IMG/VR virus record: IMGVR_UViG_3300028887_000067
Location: 192,001 to 256,000 of that record
Origin: a virus
Taxonomy: Duplodnaviria; Caudoviricetes
Length of the DNA stretch: 64,000 nucleotides
Strand: one strand, 5' to 3'
The notes under the pieces: model-generated
The model's database searches: none
Told to the model about the DNA's origin: nothing
The model's input: the letters and a program-made list of their open reading frames with translations, nothing else
Part shown: piece by piece, positions 1 to 10,145 of the stretch
Layout: each line of letters starts with the position of its first letter
Position numbering within the stretch: the first letter of the stretch is position 1
Program-made: the position numbers and the translations under genes

Positions 1-2409
1 CACTTCGTTTGCAAGTATAATTTGCTGTTTTATCGCATATTGACGACTTACTTGGGCATAAATATACAGAGAATGTATAACTGGGCCGAAACCCACACCA
101 ATAGTGGTTTCGCTTCTATCGACTGGCTTGTTACTGAGTATCATTTTCCAGTATGTTCGATAGTTACTACGGGTGCCAGTGGTCAAGCTAAGGTTTTCCG
201 GTGTGTACGGGTCATTGTTATTGCTGGCATACAACACCTTATTAGAACTAGATGAAATCGTCGAGAAATAAATTCCCGCCAAGGATTCCCCGGAGTTGTC
301 AATTAATGCTATGAGTAAATAGTCTGAACCGTTGTATACAAATGGCTTATTTAATTGCATTTCAAACCATCCGGTTGCACCGATATATATCAGTCCACTA
401 TATACTTTATCATCGTCGGATGGGATTATCCAGCTAGTTGTTGAGCTAAACTGCGTCTTATTTGTATGTTTTATATATAAATCGACACATCTGATTGTAG
501 GTGATGAAGATGAATATTGAGGCACCTTAAACGAAACCGATTTAATTGTGGCTGCGGTTCCAATTTCGTTTGCGGTAATTATTTGTTCGCAAGCAGTATA
601 GTAGTATCCATTTCTTATTGGATAATACCCTGTTGAACTAGATTCATTGCCAATAGTTATTTCTCTATTGTCGTATACATCTTCAATTTTCGGGTAGATA
701 TACCATACATCGCTTGGTACTAAGTAAGACATTGTACTGTCGTCGAAACTGCCGCCTGGTACAGTCACGTCTTCATCGCCATATCCGTCAGCATAAGTGA
801 CCGTGAAGGTTGCCGTATCACCAGAAACTCCATATATAACGCTTGGCGTAATTGCGATAACCCTGTCAGTCGAGGAAATATCTGGTATAATTTGCACCTT
901 CGTTGGGCTAATCACGACGTTGACGTTGGATTGGATGTTAGTTATGACGATCGCACCGTTGACTAGTGTTCCGCCGCTTACTGAAATGGTGGAGAAATCT
1001 GCGCCATTACTAAGGGTAACCGGTATACTGATTGTGTCGCCAAGCCTTGCAATGGTGCTGTCTATTTCTGTAGATGCCCACGGACATGCGGAACTGTCGA
1101 TGGTGATTGTATATAATCGTTCGCCAGAAATAACCATTTTTAGCTGGTTTTTGGAGGTTGTTATCGATCCACCATACGTAGCCGCGGATTCTGGGGAATA
1201 ATTGGTATTATCATTGTATATATACAACGTAGAACCATTGCTTCCGTCAAACGTGGCAAAGTATCCGGAACTGGTGTACGAACCCGTATTATCATCAACC
1301 ATTATAAGGAGATTACTATGTCCATCGTACTCGAATGGTGTTGTCAATGTTAATTCATGCCAACCGGTCGTACCGCAATATATGGTTCCACTAAATACTT
1401 TGTCGGAGTCGCTCATGGATACCCAGTCGTTATAGCTGCTAAATGCGGTTTTATTGGTATGGGCCATGTAGATGTCAATAGTACGAGTCGATGAATCCGG
1501 TGTAACAATATAGAAGGCAATCGTTTTAATTGTTCCAATCGCACCAATTTCAGCCGCTTCGTATAACTGCTCGGTAAGTGAATACTTATAATACGTATTA
1601 AGTGGTATGTCACTTCTGGATGATTCCCCGGAACCAATTAATACCTCGATATTGGAGACATTGTCCGTAATGGCCGGACGTATCGACCAGGTATCAACCG
1701 GTACTATATATGTTAATACATTGCCATTGAATGTGCCGTTGTCCACCTTGACATCATCCGCCCCGCACCCTTCCGCATAGGTCACAATAAATTCAGTAGT
1801 CGCACCTGGCGTGGCATATGCTACGCTAGGAACAATCGCAATTATTGACTCGGTATTTGACAAGTCTGGCATAACCTGTACCTTGACCGGACTGATTGTC
1901 ACGTTGATATCGGATTGGACATCGGCGATGACGATGGCATTATTGGATAGTACGCCGCCAGTCACAGAGATCGTAGATTCGTCTGCGCCGTCGATAAGTG
2001 TCACTGGGATGGTAGCCGTATGACCCTCGAATCCGTAGTAACTCTCCGATTCGGTAGACGCCCAGTCACACAATGACTCGACGGAAATCACATACGGTTC
2101 TTTTGCCGGGACTAGCGTAACTTCAACATCACTTGTGACATTCTCCACCGTCACCCCAGCCTCGCTGACTGTACCACCGATAGCGCCGACATAGGTGTAG
2201 TCGGCTCCCATGGTGAGTACGAGAGGGACGGTTACTGAGCCCCCATCGTATACGTGTACGGAAGATACGCTCGCTTCTGCCCATTCGCAATTCGACACGA
2301 ATGTGACCGTGTGTGACGGTGGGTGCTTCCTGAGCAGCATTCCGTTCTTCTTGTCCCCGATGCGGATACGTCTACCGCGCGGCGTGGTGATATACGGCTG
2401 GTCGGACAT
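1..2409 (-). CDS. Repetitive tail-fibre/adhesin-like protein (>803 aa, runs off the window start; missing from the ORF track)
   Basis: GGAGG RBS, then ATG at 2409 (MSDQPYITTPRGRRIRIG...). Manual translation is open down to base 1. Repeats of Ig-like beta segments plus a domain 'PLNTYYKYSLTEQLYEAAEIG...IDIYMAHTNKTAF...GWHELTLTTPFEYDG.SNLLIMVDDN' that recurs about three times. Confidence 0.85.
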   Translation of the reverse strand, partial: MSDQPYITTPRGRRIRIGDKKNGMLLRKHPPSHTVTFVSNCEWAEASVSSVHVYDGGSVTVPLVLTMGADYTYVGAIGGTVSEAGVTVENVTSDVEVTLVPAKEPYVISVESLCDWASTESESYYGFEGHTATIPVTLIDGADESTISVTGGVLSNNAIVIADVQSDINVTISPVKVQVMPDLSNTESIIAIVPSVAYATPGATTEFIVTYAEGCGADDVKVDNGTFNGNVLTYIVPVDTWSIRPAITDNVSNIEVLIGSGESSRSDIPLNTYYKYSLTEQLYEAAEIGAIGTIKTIAFYIVTPDSSTRTIDIYMAHTNKTAFSSYNDWVSMSDSDKVFSGTIYCGTTGWHELTLTTPFEYDGHSNLLIMVDDNTGSYTSSGYFATFDGSNGSTLYIYNDNTNYSPESAATYGGSITTSKNQLKMVISGERLYTITIDSSACPWASTEIDSTIARLGDTISIPVTLSNGADFSTISVSGGTLVNGAIVITNIQSNVNVVISPTKVQIIPDISSTDRVIAITPSVIYGVSGDTATFTVTYADGYGDEDVTVPGGSFDDSTMSYLVPSDVWYIYPKIEDVYDNREITIGNESSSTGYYPIRNGYYYTACEQIITANEIGTAATIKSVSFKVPQYSSSSPTIRCVDLYIKHTNKTQFSSTTSWIIPSDDDKVYSGLIYIGATGWFEMQLNKPFVYNGSDYLLIALIDNSGESLAGIYFSTISSSSNKVLYASNNNDPYTPENLSLTTGTRSNYRTYWKMILSNKPVDRSETTIGVGFGPVIHSLYIYAQVSRQYAIKQQIILANEV

Positions 2410-2422
2410 CAGATATCCTCCA

Positions 2423-5400
2423 TTACTCTGGGCTATACATGCCCACTTCCACCCACTTGACCTTGCGTTCGACCGGATCCCATTCGAGGACGTGCCGGCG
2501 TTCCGGATTGGTCGGCGGTTTGATAGATATGGTCACGCCATTGGAGTCTTCTATGATGCTGATACCATCTCCTTCGGTCAACGAAGCGTCATCCTCACTG
2601 GAGACGAACCGGCGAGCCTCAATAGTACCGTCCGCATACACGGTGAACGCATTTGAGCGCTTGATGTACTGTTCGTCTTGCCACATCAGATCGTCACGTT
2701 CGCTATAGCCATTGCCGATAATGAACAGTGCTTTGTTTCTATCTGGGGATGGAATTTCTTTCCACAGGGATTCATCCCACGGGGTACCAGCTTCAATGTC
2801 ATCCTGTGCTTCGTAGAATTTTCCAATCTTTCCACTAGCGTCTTGCTTGTACACTACATCGGAACGGTCATACGAATCTTCTTGGTGGTAAAATTCCTTG
2901 ATACGAGCCGGACCGGGTTTCGGAGCATTGTACTTGCCGAGAACGGTCTGCCACTGGTCGGACACGAGCTGGGTACCGATAGCGACCGAGTTGTGTCCGT
3001 ATGCGACGATGCCGTTACCCATGAGCACCTGGTTGCTTCCATTTTCGGCCCAGTTGTCATTACCTTGGATAAAAGAATTGCTCAAGCAGAATGGTTCACC
3101 GGACTTGTTAATATCGAACAGAGTATTAACTATCCTGTTGTTGGAACCAAAAATTGTATGGCCGACGTTGAACGAACCGATGTGGTTTTGCTGGCCGACC
3201 ACGAAGGCACGGTCGATAAGGTATCCCATATCGCAATCAATGTGCTTGTCCGGCTGGCGATATTTCGGCAGATAGTAAACGTAGTAATCCCATGGCTCGG
3301 CGTAGAAATGATTTTCTGTCCAGGCGGTGATATAGTCTCCAAGCGCCTGGTCATACTCATACATGTTATCGCCGTCATCATTGTAGTATTCGTCATGTAC
3401 GTCATATCGCTGATCCGGCATGACGTTCAGACGTTTTGTATTGAAATCGTAATAATCTGGTATGAATTTATAGATTTTGCCGGCAAACACTCGCCACTTG
3501 ACGGTATATATCTCCCCGTCTACCTCATATTGATTGACTTCACCAAACCAGTATAGATTCACTTCGCCGGTTTCCGTCGCAATGAAGTATTTGGGGTAGG
3601 ACGACTGGTTCGACAATGCATACGAACGCTGATAGTTGATAATCTGCTCGACACTGAGACGAACCGGATCGACGCCAGACAGGTCGTTTTCTCGCCCGGT
3701 CACCGTCGAGTCCATGATGGCTACGCCACACAAGTAGTTGCGTCGCCCAGATATAGTATTCCCACAGAACTCGTCGCCATCCGCGCCGTACAAATTGTAT
3801 ACCTTGTTCTCGGAACCAGAAATGGTCAAGTGCGGAATACGAACTACTCCACCGCCGTCCGCATTGTTCACCAGGTTCCTATTGCCGTGGATGTTTGCAT
3901 AGTCAACGCCGTTCACAACGTTGTTTTCACCGGTAACGAACGAGCAATTCGCATCACCGACGAAGTTATCGCCGAAGTTCACGGTAGCCCTGGAGTTCAC
4001 CATCCATGCGTCGAGTGTAAAGTAATAAGGTAAATCCAGTGTCATGGCATCCATGATATCCGGAATGTACTCCCTGATATCGGTATAATACCAGTCGTCC
4101 GAGTTGCAATCAGCATTTTCGCTGTGGGAGAAGCACCCAAGCAACCCTTCGCCATATGCACCAAACAGAACCGTATTTTTGGCATAATCCCAGCCATTTC
4201 CCCAATATGGGTTGTCATTTTTTGCTTCAACGGTTTCGTTGCTGGATGTTTTTAGGTAGGCTCCGTTCATCAGTACATTTTTCGATACCGATGGTGCGCT
4301 GGACTCAATTTCCTCGTTGTTCGTTACATGTAACATCGATCCTTGCATCAGCACGTTATTGTCGATGGAATACGACGTGTACACTTCTGCGTCGATGATA
4401 GACCCAATTACCAAGTTTCCGGCAGCTGTACGGTTTGGTGGATATGAATTATCATCCTGGTAATCATCACCCCAGAACCAGTTTACTGAATTGATGAATA
4501 TGTTGTCAGTTACGCTACTAAACCATTCGGCATCAACTCTCGCATGTAGTATCGTGTTTCGATCAAACGCATTACTGACATCGATATATGTTGGATAAGT
4601 GGAATATTGGTCCCACGGAGTGTTATGCAACGGATCAATCAGGGTGTTATCGTTTGCCGAAGGTGCGCATATCGAAGTGGTGTAGCTGTTATATCCAGCT
4701 GGCGACATCATGACTATGTTGCGCGAATATGCGCCATACCCATCTTCGGTTGTGCCGAACTCGATACGGGCACCGACCATCATGTTGTCAGTCAATACAC
4801 TCGAACCGGCATATTTTGATTTCTTGTCGGTTTCCGTATCGTAATCCACTTCGGATGCAACCAGGAAGTTTCGAGCGCAGTACGGGTCGGTTTCACCGAT
4901 GCCATAGGCATTCAACTTGGATTCGATTATGCCCATATTAGCCGTACCGGTAATGTACGAGCTCATCATCGAGACGTTGCGGTACCCGCCGGCATAAGAG
5001 TGATGAATGGCCAGGTTCTCACCGCCATTCGCCATCGAGTTGAAGCCCAGTGCGATGTCGTAGTTGCGACCGACCACGTTGCAGTTACCGATTGCAAGAC
5101 CGAATCCGTCATCGTCGGTATTCTCGGATTTGCCGTGTGAGTCAACAGGTGCCAAAGAACGGTTGTATGCGCCCAGCAAGATGGAGTTGTGATGGTATGA
5201 CTCGTTGCCAACACCCATCAGGATGGAGTTGCACCATACGCCGGCTTTCCTAAACGGTATACGGATAATCCGATCAAGCCGGTAGTTTTCTGCCGATTTT
5301 CTAAAGTATTCTATCGCGGCGGCATAGTAGAAGAATGTCTTCGCTTGGGTTGCGTCAGTGAATGTGGACTCATCAAGCGACGGGCTCCAATAATACATCA

Positions 5401-6511
5401 GATTAGAGGCCAGTTCGAGCAAGTACATTTCGTAGGTGGCCAAGTTTGCCGCACCGACATCGACGAATTTCTCGAACAAAGCCACATAGTCATTGCTAAA
5501 GTAAGCGATTAATTCCGGCGTATCCAATAAGGTTGATATTATTGTTTTGCGTTCCGTTTCATTAGCCTCATCCCATCCATAGAAGAGGTATACAAACGAA
5601 TCGCGGTGTTCCGAATCCATCATGCCAGTCGGTGAGCACAAAAAATCAGAGTACGAATACTCACCACCGATATAATCGGTTGCTAAATGAGATGCAATAT
5701 CGCTATACAGATATGGATATGGCTCGTAACCATCGTCGCCAGTAAACAAAGTGTTGGATACTTCATAACGCTGTGAATCGTACCACTCATTTATCTGTTC
5801 CTGTGTGTACTGGTTGGTGGTGCGCAAGAAATCCCTTGCGGCAACGAGAATACTCTGAAAGCCATCAAAAAAATCATTGCGCAGCTCAGGCGCAGTGTCC
5901 GGCGTAATTAACGTGTGTGCCGTGTACGAACCCAAGTCACTTGTGGAATAGTTACCAAATCCGACTAGGGTAGCATGATTTTTTGCACCGGCGTCGACGT
6001 CGGTCAAGTTGTCTTCGCCGAACAGGATTGAATGGCCGTAGGCAGTGTTGCGCTGACCTATGTATATGGAATCAGAATAGCCAACCGACTGGTGGTCAAT
6101 CGACCACTGCATCCACGAGTTGAGCACCCCAGGCTGAGTTGCAGTCGTACCGATTTTCTGCCAATACGATTCCGCCTGGCCGCCGGGTACACACCATATC
6201 CACTCCGCGAACGTATCCTCGGTGGCGCTTCCCTCATTTTCTTGGACGAGATAGATATACTTCGTTGAGCGGTCGCCTACTGGTACGTCTGGGTGGCGGT
6301 CGGGGTCATCCTGAACCGGATCAACAACTACGTAGCTAGTGAAGTTCGCTAGACGCTCGTTGATAATATTCAACTGTTCCGTAACGACGCTATTGCTAAT
6401 CGGATTGCCCGAATGCTCGTCGAGTGCCGTATCCACAATGGGAATCTTCCTCTTGATGTGACGGTATAATTGCTTCGCGCCTTCTTCGCCTACGTACGTA
6501 AAATTAGCCAT
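2423..6511 (-). CDS. Large tail-fibre protein with YadA-head-like G/N-rich beta-roll repeats (1362 aa)
   Basis: Many 'SI.IG..N' type repeats; C-terminal 'ALFIIGNG...RSNAFTVYADG' motif typical of phage fibres; overlaps the upstream fibre gene. Confidence 0.7.
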   Translation of the reverse strand: MANFTYVGEEGAKQLYRHIKRKIPIVDTALDEHSGNPISNSVVTEQLNIINERLANFTSYVVVDPVQDDPDRHPDVPVGDRSTKYIYLVQENEGSATEDTFAEWIWCVPGGQAESYWQKIGTTATQPGVLNSWMQWSIDHQSVGYSDSIYIGQRNTAYGHSILFGEDNLTDVDAGAKNHATLVGFGNYSTSDLGSYTAHTLITPDTAPELRNDFFDGFQSILVAARDFLRTTNQYTQEQINEWYDSQRYEVSNTLFTGDDGYEPYPYLYSDIASHLATDYIGGEYSYSDFLCSPTGMMDSEHRDSFVYLFYGWDEANETERKTIISTLLDTPELIAYFSNDYVALFEKFVDVGAANLATYEMYLLELASNLMYYWSPSLDESTFTDATQAKTFFYYAAAIEYFRKSAENYRLDRIIRIPFRKAGVWCNSILMGVGNESYHHNSILLGAYNRSLAPVDSHGKSENTDDDGFGLAIGNCNVVGRNYDIALGFNSMANGGENLAIHHSYAGGYRNVSMMSSYITGTANMGIIESKLNAYGIGETDPYCARNFLVASEVDYDTETDKKSKYAGSSVLTDNMMVGARIEFGTTEDGYGAYSRNIVMMSPAGYNSYTTSICAPSANDNTLIDPLHNTPWDQYSTYPTYIDVSNAFDRNTILHARVDAEWFSSVTDNIFINSVNWFWGDDYQDDNSYPPNRTAAGNLVIGSIIDAEVYTSYSIDNNVLMQGSMLHVTNNEEIESSAPSVSKNVLMNGAYLKTSSNETVEAKNDNPYWGNGWDYAKNTVLFGAYGEGLLGCFSHSENADCNSDDWYYTDIREYIPDIMDAMTLDLPYYFTLDAWMVNSRATVNFGDNFVGDANCSFVTGENNVVNGVDYANIHGNRNLVNNADGGGVVRIPHLTISGSENKVYNLYGADGDEFCGNTISGRRNYLCGVAIMDSTVTGRENDLSGVDPVRLSVEQIINYQRSYALSNQSSYPKYFIATETGEVNLYWFGEVNQYEVDGEIYTVKWRVFAGKIYKFIPDYYDFNTKRLNVMPDQRYDVHDEYYNDDGDNMYEYDQALGDYITAWTENHFYAEPWDYYVYYLPKYRQPDKHIDCDMGYLIDRAFVVGQQNHIGSFNVGHTIFGSNNRIVNTLFDINKSGEPFCLSNSFIQGNDNWAENGSNQVLMGNGIVAYGHNSVAIGTQLVSDQWQTVLGKYNAPKPGPARIKEFYHQEDSYDRSDVVYKQDASGKIGKFYEAQDDIEAGTPWDESLWKEIPSPDRNKALFIIGNGYSERDDLMWQDEQYIKRSNAFTVYADGTIEARRFVSSEDDASLTEGDGISIIEDSNGVTISIKPPTNPERRHVLEWDPVERKVKWVEVGMYSPE

Positions 6512-7205
6512 TGCCGTTTACCTCGGGTGTATTGTCTTCTGCATCAACCGCGTCAAGCCACGTGTCCATCAACTGGGCACTGCAGGCTATCGGTGTATAT
6601 GACTCGGGCACAGCCGCCCACGTGCCGTCCCCTTTCAGGAACTTGCCCCGGTCTCCCGTCGCGGGTGCGGGGACGAGACCCTTGGCGCCGGCCCGTTCCG
6701 CCGTGGCGCCGGTGAACACGGGCAGGTCTTCCATGGACGGCTCCGACCAGGTGCCGTCTCCTCGCAGGAACTTGTCCTGGTCTCCGGCCACCGGCTTTGG
6801 AGGAATGCCGTAGTTTCCGTCCGCGTCCGCCGTCGCGCCCGCCATCTCCCTTATGACTATCAGGTCGGCCGGTTCTCCGGCTACTGTGCCCTCGTGTACT
6901 TCTATCGGGTATTCCCCGTAGATGTTCGGACGGACCAGTTCGGCGTTGACCTTGAGGAAGTACGCCGGCTTGCCGTGGTCGTAACCCGGATGTACCTCTA
7001 TCGTCCCGTCGTCGGACTTGATGACCGTGTCGTGCATCACGACCGTGTTGGTCGACGGGCAGCACGGGCCGGGCATCGCCGGCGGTGGCGGCGGTGGCGG
7101 CGTGAACGGGCGCTCCGGGGCGGGCCTGGCTACGGGTGCCCTCTTTGGCGGGGGAGGCGGGCACGCCCCTCCCTTCTTGGTGCCGATATCTAGCGGATGC
7201 GCCAT
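6504..7205 (-). CDS. Pro-rich tail fibre/collar-associated protein
   Basis: Two copies of 'GATA...G..G..P.P..GD..KFL(R/K)GDGTW', a repeat common in phage fibre proteins; upstream TATAAACTGC motif at 7233-7242. Confidence 0.65.
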   Translation of the reverse strand: MAHPLDIGTKKGGACPPPPPKRAPVARPAPERPFTPPPPPPPAMPGPCCPSTNTVVMHDTVIKSDDGTIEVHPGYDHGKPAYFLKVNAELVRPNIYGEYPIEVHEGTVAGEPADLIVIREMAGATADADGNYGIPPKPVAGDQDKFLRGDGTWSEPSMEDLPVFTGATAERAGAKGLVPAPATGDRGKFLKGDGTWAAVPESYTPIACSAQLMDTWLDAVDAEDNTPEVNGNG

Positions 7206-7232
7206 GTTCAGACCTCGAAATGCGGTTTAAAC

Positions 7233-7242
7233 GCAGTTTATA
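7233..7242 (-). promoter_or_regulatory. Putative phage late promoter TATAAACT(G)
   Basis: Same or near-identical motif at 27871(+), 45339(+), 48382-48391(-), 18106-18113(-), with variants at 10958-10968(-) and 26864(+). Resembles the T4 late promoter TATAAATA and precedes tail and putative virion genes. Confidence 0.55.
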
Positions 7243-7308
7243 CCGGGGGCGGGCCGACGGGCAGCCCGCCCTTTGCTATATTTCCGGTAACAGAAAAGGA
7301 GCCTGACC

Positions 7309-8532
7309 ATGCAAGAAGGGAATAACAAAGCCACGGAGCTGCGTACGATCGAGCTCGCCGACCAAGTCGACCTTGTCTACGTAATGCGGCTTAACGGACG
7401 TCGCGAGGACGACGCGCTCGTCATCAGCAACGTCAAGTTCGAGAGGAAGGAAGGCTGTGCGTTCCTGAAACTGGATTGCGACTCGAGTCCCGAGGTCAAT
7501 TGCTTCCGGTTTGACAAGTGCGAGTTCGACGGCAATATGGTTATCCGCATCCATTCGGGCGCCATCCAGGTGCCCGCCGTACAGTTCGAAAACTGCTCGA
7601 TGGGTGAGTGCCGCCTGGAATCGGATTTCTCGCTTTCGCTGAAGGACTGTTCGGCCGCCACCCCCTTCCGGGTGACCGACACGTCCGGGTCCTCGGCTCA
7701 TTTTCACACCCTGTCGCTCGTCGGCTGCGCCAAGGCCCTGTTGGCCACGACCGATATCGATTGGCACGGAATCGTGGCCATATGCAGCGCGGAACTGACG
7801 CCTGCATCCAGCATCAAGATCAGGCACGCCCACGGCGTCGATCTCAGCGCGGTTGTCGGCAGGCCGGTGGTCACGATTACAGGTGCGGGCGAGGATAGCT
7901 ACGTGACAGTGTTTTCCTGCTCGTTTGGCGAACTGAATGTCATGAAGTCTATAGTACACAGGCTCGGCGTACAAATATCCCGCATCCCCAAGATGCGCGT
8001 GGCGTATTCCGTTATCGAACAGCTCTCCATCGATGACGGTAGCGTGACCGAGCTGGAGGCCCGCTCTTCGGCGAGCGCCAATACGACTTACGGCGTCGTT
8101 CCCCCGACCGTCACATCGATAAACAGTTCCGGATTCGGGGAGGAGACGAAAGCGTCGGTGATGTACGTCCCATGTCGCGTAGAGAACCGTCACCAGGCAA
8201 CCGTCGGCTATGCAATCGCCGAGCTCCTCGTCCCGAGAACGGCGAAACGTACGGATTACACGTCCTACGTGATAGCCTCGGAGGCCAAGGTGATCGATAT
8301 CTACGAGGCACGCAAGGTGATCAATGTCGACGAGGCATACAAAGCCCAGAGTACGTTCATACACCCGCCGGTCAAGCCGGCGTTAGGATTGCGTTATGTG
8401 GCGATGCTTTCCTTCCCGTTAATTTCCGGAATGGTCGAGCAGCCTACCGAGTTCAAGATAGGCCGTATCGTTACCGACGTGTACGGGTGTCGCACCATCA
8501 ACGAGGCGGAAAATCTGCCTGATCAGCCCTAG
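7309..8532 (+). CDS. Hypothetical protein: beta-helix-like N-terminus, DUF5758-like C-terminus
   Basis: AAAGGAG RBS; TTTGCTATATTT promoter motif upstream; C-terminal 'IAELLVPRTAKR...ASEAKVIDI' resembles DUF5758. Confidence 0.5.
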   Translation: MQEGNNKATELRTIELADQVDLVYVMRLNGRREDDALVISNVKFERKEGCAFLKLDCDSSPEVNCFRFDKCEFDGNMVIRIHSGAIQVPAVQFENCSMGECRLESDFSLSLKDCSAATPFRVTDTSGSSAHFHTLSLVGCAKALLATTDIDWHGIVAICSAELTPASSIKIRHAHGVDLSAVVGRPVVTITGAGEDSYVTVFSCSFGELNVMKSIVHRLGVQISRIPKMRVAYSVIEQLSIDDGSVTELEARSSASANTTYGVVPPTVTSINSSGFGEETKASVMYVPCRVENRHQATVGYAIAELLVPRTAKRTDYTSYVIASEAKVIDIYEARKVINVDEAYKAQSTFIHPPVKPALGLRYVAMLSFPLISGMVEQPTEFKIGRIVTDVYGCRTINEAENLPDQP

Positions 8533-9500
8533 CGCACGTCGACGAGGCCGGTACCCTTGCAGGTGGAACACACCCGCTCGCTGTCGTCGACGCCGGTGCC
8601 GCCGCAGTCGGGACAGTAGTCCCTGTCGTCGGCGTTCTCGTCGGGCTCCTCGTCCTCGGAAAAGTCGTAACCCTTTGCGTCCCTTTCCCATGTGTGCGAG
8701 GGCACCTTGCTGAACTCCTCCGCGTCGCCCGACGGCTTGTAGCCGGGGCGTTCGTACTTCAGGATGATGTCCTTGATGAGCCGGTGACGGACGATGTCGT
8801 CCACGCCGAGTGTCACGAAGCCTATCCTCGGCACCCCACGGAGCAGTCCCAGCGCGTGAACGAACCCGGAGTCCGCCCTGTCGCCAAGGTCACACTGCTG
8901 CGCGTCGCCGCATATGACCATCTTTGAATCGCGACCGAGCCTGGTGAGCATCAGCTTCATCTGCGACACTGTCGTGTTCTGGAACTCGTCGCAGACGATG
9001 AAGCTCTTCTGCAGGGTGGAACCCCTTATGTAGGCCAGCGGGCACACCTGTACCTTGGAATAGAAGTCGTTGTTCGAGAATATCTCGTCAAGGTTCTTGT
9101 CCTTCCTCTTGGCCCGCTTCTCCTTGGCCGTCAGGGTCGGCATCTGCTTCACCTGTTCCTCCGGCTTGACGCGCCGTCCCTTGATCAGGGAGATGGCGTC
9201 GTAGAGGGGTTGCATGTATGGGGCGATCTTCTCGTCGAGCGAGCCCGGAAGGAAGCCGAGTTCCTCCCCTCCCGTTACCACGGGCCTGGTAAGGACCAGC
9301 TTCTCGTAGTTACCGCTGTCCATGCCGGCTATACCGAGCCAGGTGGCGATGGCCGTCTTGCCGGTGCCCGACGGCCCGTCGACGAAAATGATGTCGTTCT
9401 TCTTGATTGCTTCGACGAGGTTGTCCTGTCCCTGCGTCTTCGTGTAGATGGGACGGTTATGCCTGTCCCTGATGATTTCCTGGCCGCAAAAGTTTTGCAT
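8529..9500 (-). CDS. phoH: PhoH-family ATPase with C-terminal CxxCxGxG zinc finger
   Basis: GPSGTGKT Walker A, LTRP, LGFLPGSLDEK, YIRGSTL, DEFQN, LTRLG..SK, GD..QCDL, DIVRH motifs. Confidence 0.93.
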   Translation of the reverse strand: MQNFCGQEIIRDRHNRPIYTKTQGQDNLVEAIKKNDIIFVDGPSGTGKTAIATWLGIAGMDSGNYEKLVLTRPVVTGGEELGFLPGSLDEKIAPYMQPLYDAISLIKGRRVKPEEQVKQMPTLTAKEKRAKRKDKNLDEIFSNNDFYSKVQVCPLAYIRGSTLQKSFIVCDEFQNTTVSQMKLMLTRLGRDSKMVICGDAQQCDLGDRADSGFVHALGLLRGVPRIGFVTLGVDDIVRHRLIKDIILKYERPGYKPSGDAEEFSKVPSHTWERDAKGYDFSEDEEPDENADDRDYCPDCGGTGVDDSERVCSTCKGTGLVDVR

Positions 9501-9569
9501 CGCGAATCCCGTTGTTGAGGCTGAATTGCCTCTATAATAGCCGTTTATAGTTTTTTATTCAAGTACCTA

Positions 9570-9598
9570 TTGACTTTTGCAAAACGGAATACTATATT
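9570..9598 (+). promoter_or_regulatory. sigma70-type promoter TTGACT-N17-TATATT
   Basis: Near-consensus -35 and -10 with 17-nt spacer; no credible ORF downstream. Confidence 0.75.
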
Positions 9599-9604
9599 TT
9601 GGAA

Positions 9605-10145
9605 TATGGACGTGCGCGACGCGTCCGGCAGATTTAAAATGAGCTTAACGGTGCATTCAGCAATCAACTTTTGTTCTAACACCAGGCCGCCAATATCGGC
9701 TCGACGCCGGTTGCCCGTTTGGGTATAGTCTAACGTAGGACAGCGGCTACCTGAACAACGAACGCACCGTGCCTTTGAAAACAAAAGGCGTCCCGCACCA
9801 CAGGGAAGTGTCCGTGACGACGGACATCACTTGGAGATTGCATGCCGGGCGCCAGTCCGGGCCCTATAGTTGCCAGGCCGGCAGGTCTACATTTGCGAGT
9901 GTCCTGCCGGAGTCCGATCAAGGCCGTCCTCGCTTGCAAGGAGGCGACCATGTACACGACTTCTAAACAGCGTAACGACTACGGCGTCAAGTTCACGGGA
10001 ACCATATTCCCGCCGACGATGCCGATGAACGGTCGACCTTTGCCGCTATTCTAGGAAGCGACACGCTGAAACGGACATAACGGGGAGCCGTAAAGCTACA
10101 ACTAACCGCATAAGAAAAATATTGTGTCGTGGCGGGTAGGGTGAC
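9605..10145 (+). ncRNA. Candidate large, multi-stem structured non-coding RNA (family not identified)
   Basis: ~650-bp gene-free gap, strong promoter and at least 9 stems, including 9608-14/9620-26, 9648-54/9764-70, 9809-15/9820-26, 9878-85/9903-10, 9968-73/10063-68, 9996-10001/10007-12 and 9955-60/10126-31. Confidence 0.65.

Noticed and set aside
22-2300. Plus-strand ORFs listed in the first 2.4 kb
   Set aside because: Shadows of the long minus-strand adhesin gene.
9605-10145. tmRNA, RNase P or canonical group I intron identity for the ncRNA
   Set aside because: No tRNA-like acceptor/T-arm ends and no tag ending in AA-stop; RNase P GAGGAAAGUC and ACAGAA.CCGGCUUA are missing; group I R/S-like words are in reversed order with no clear P/Q. 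Left unassigned.
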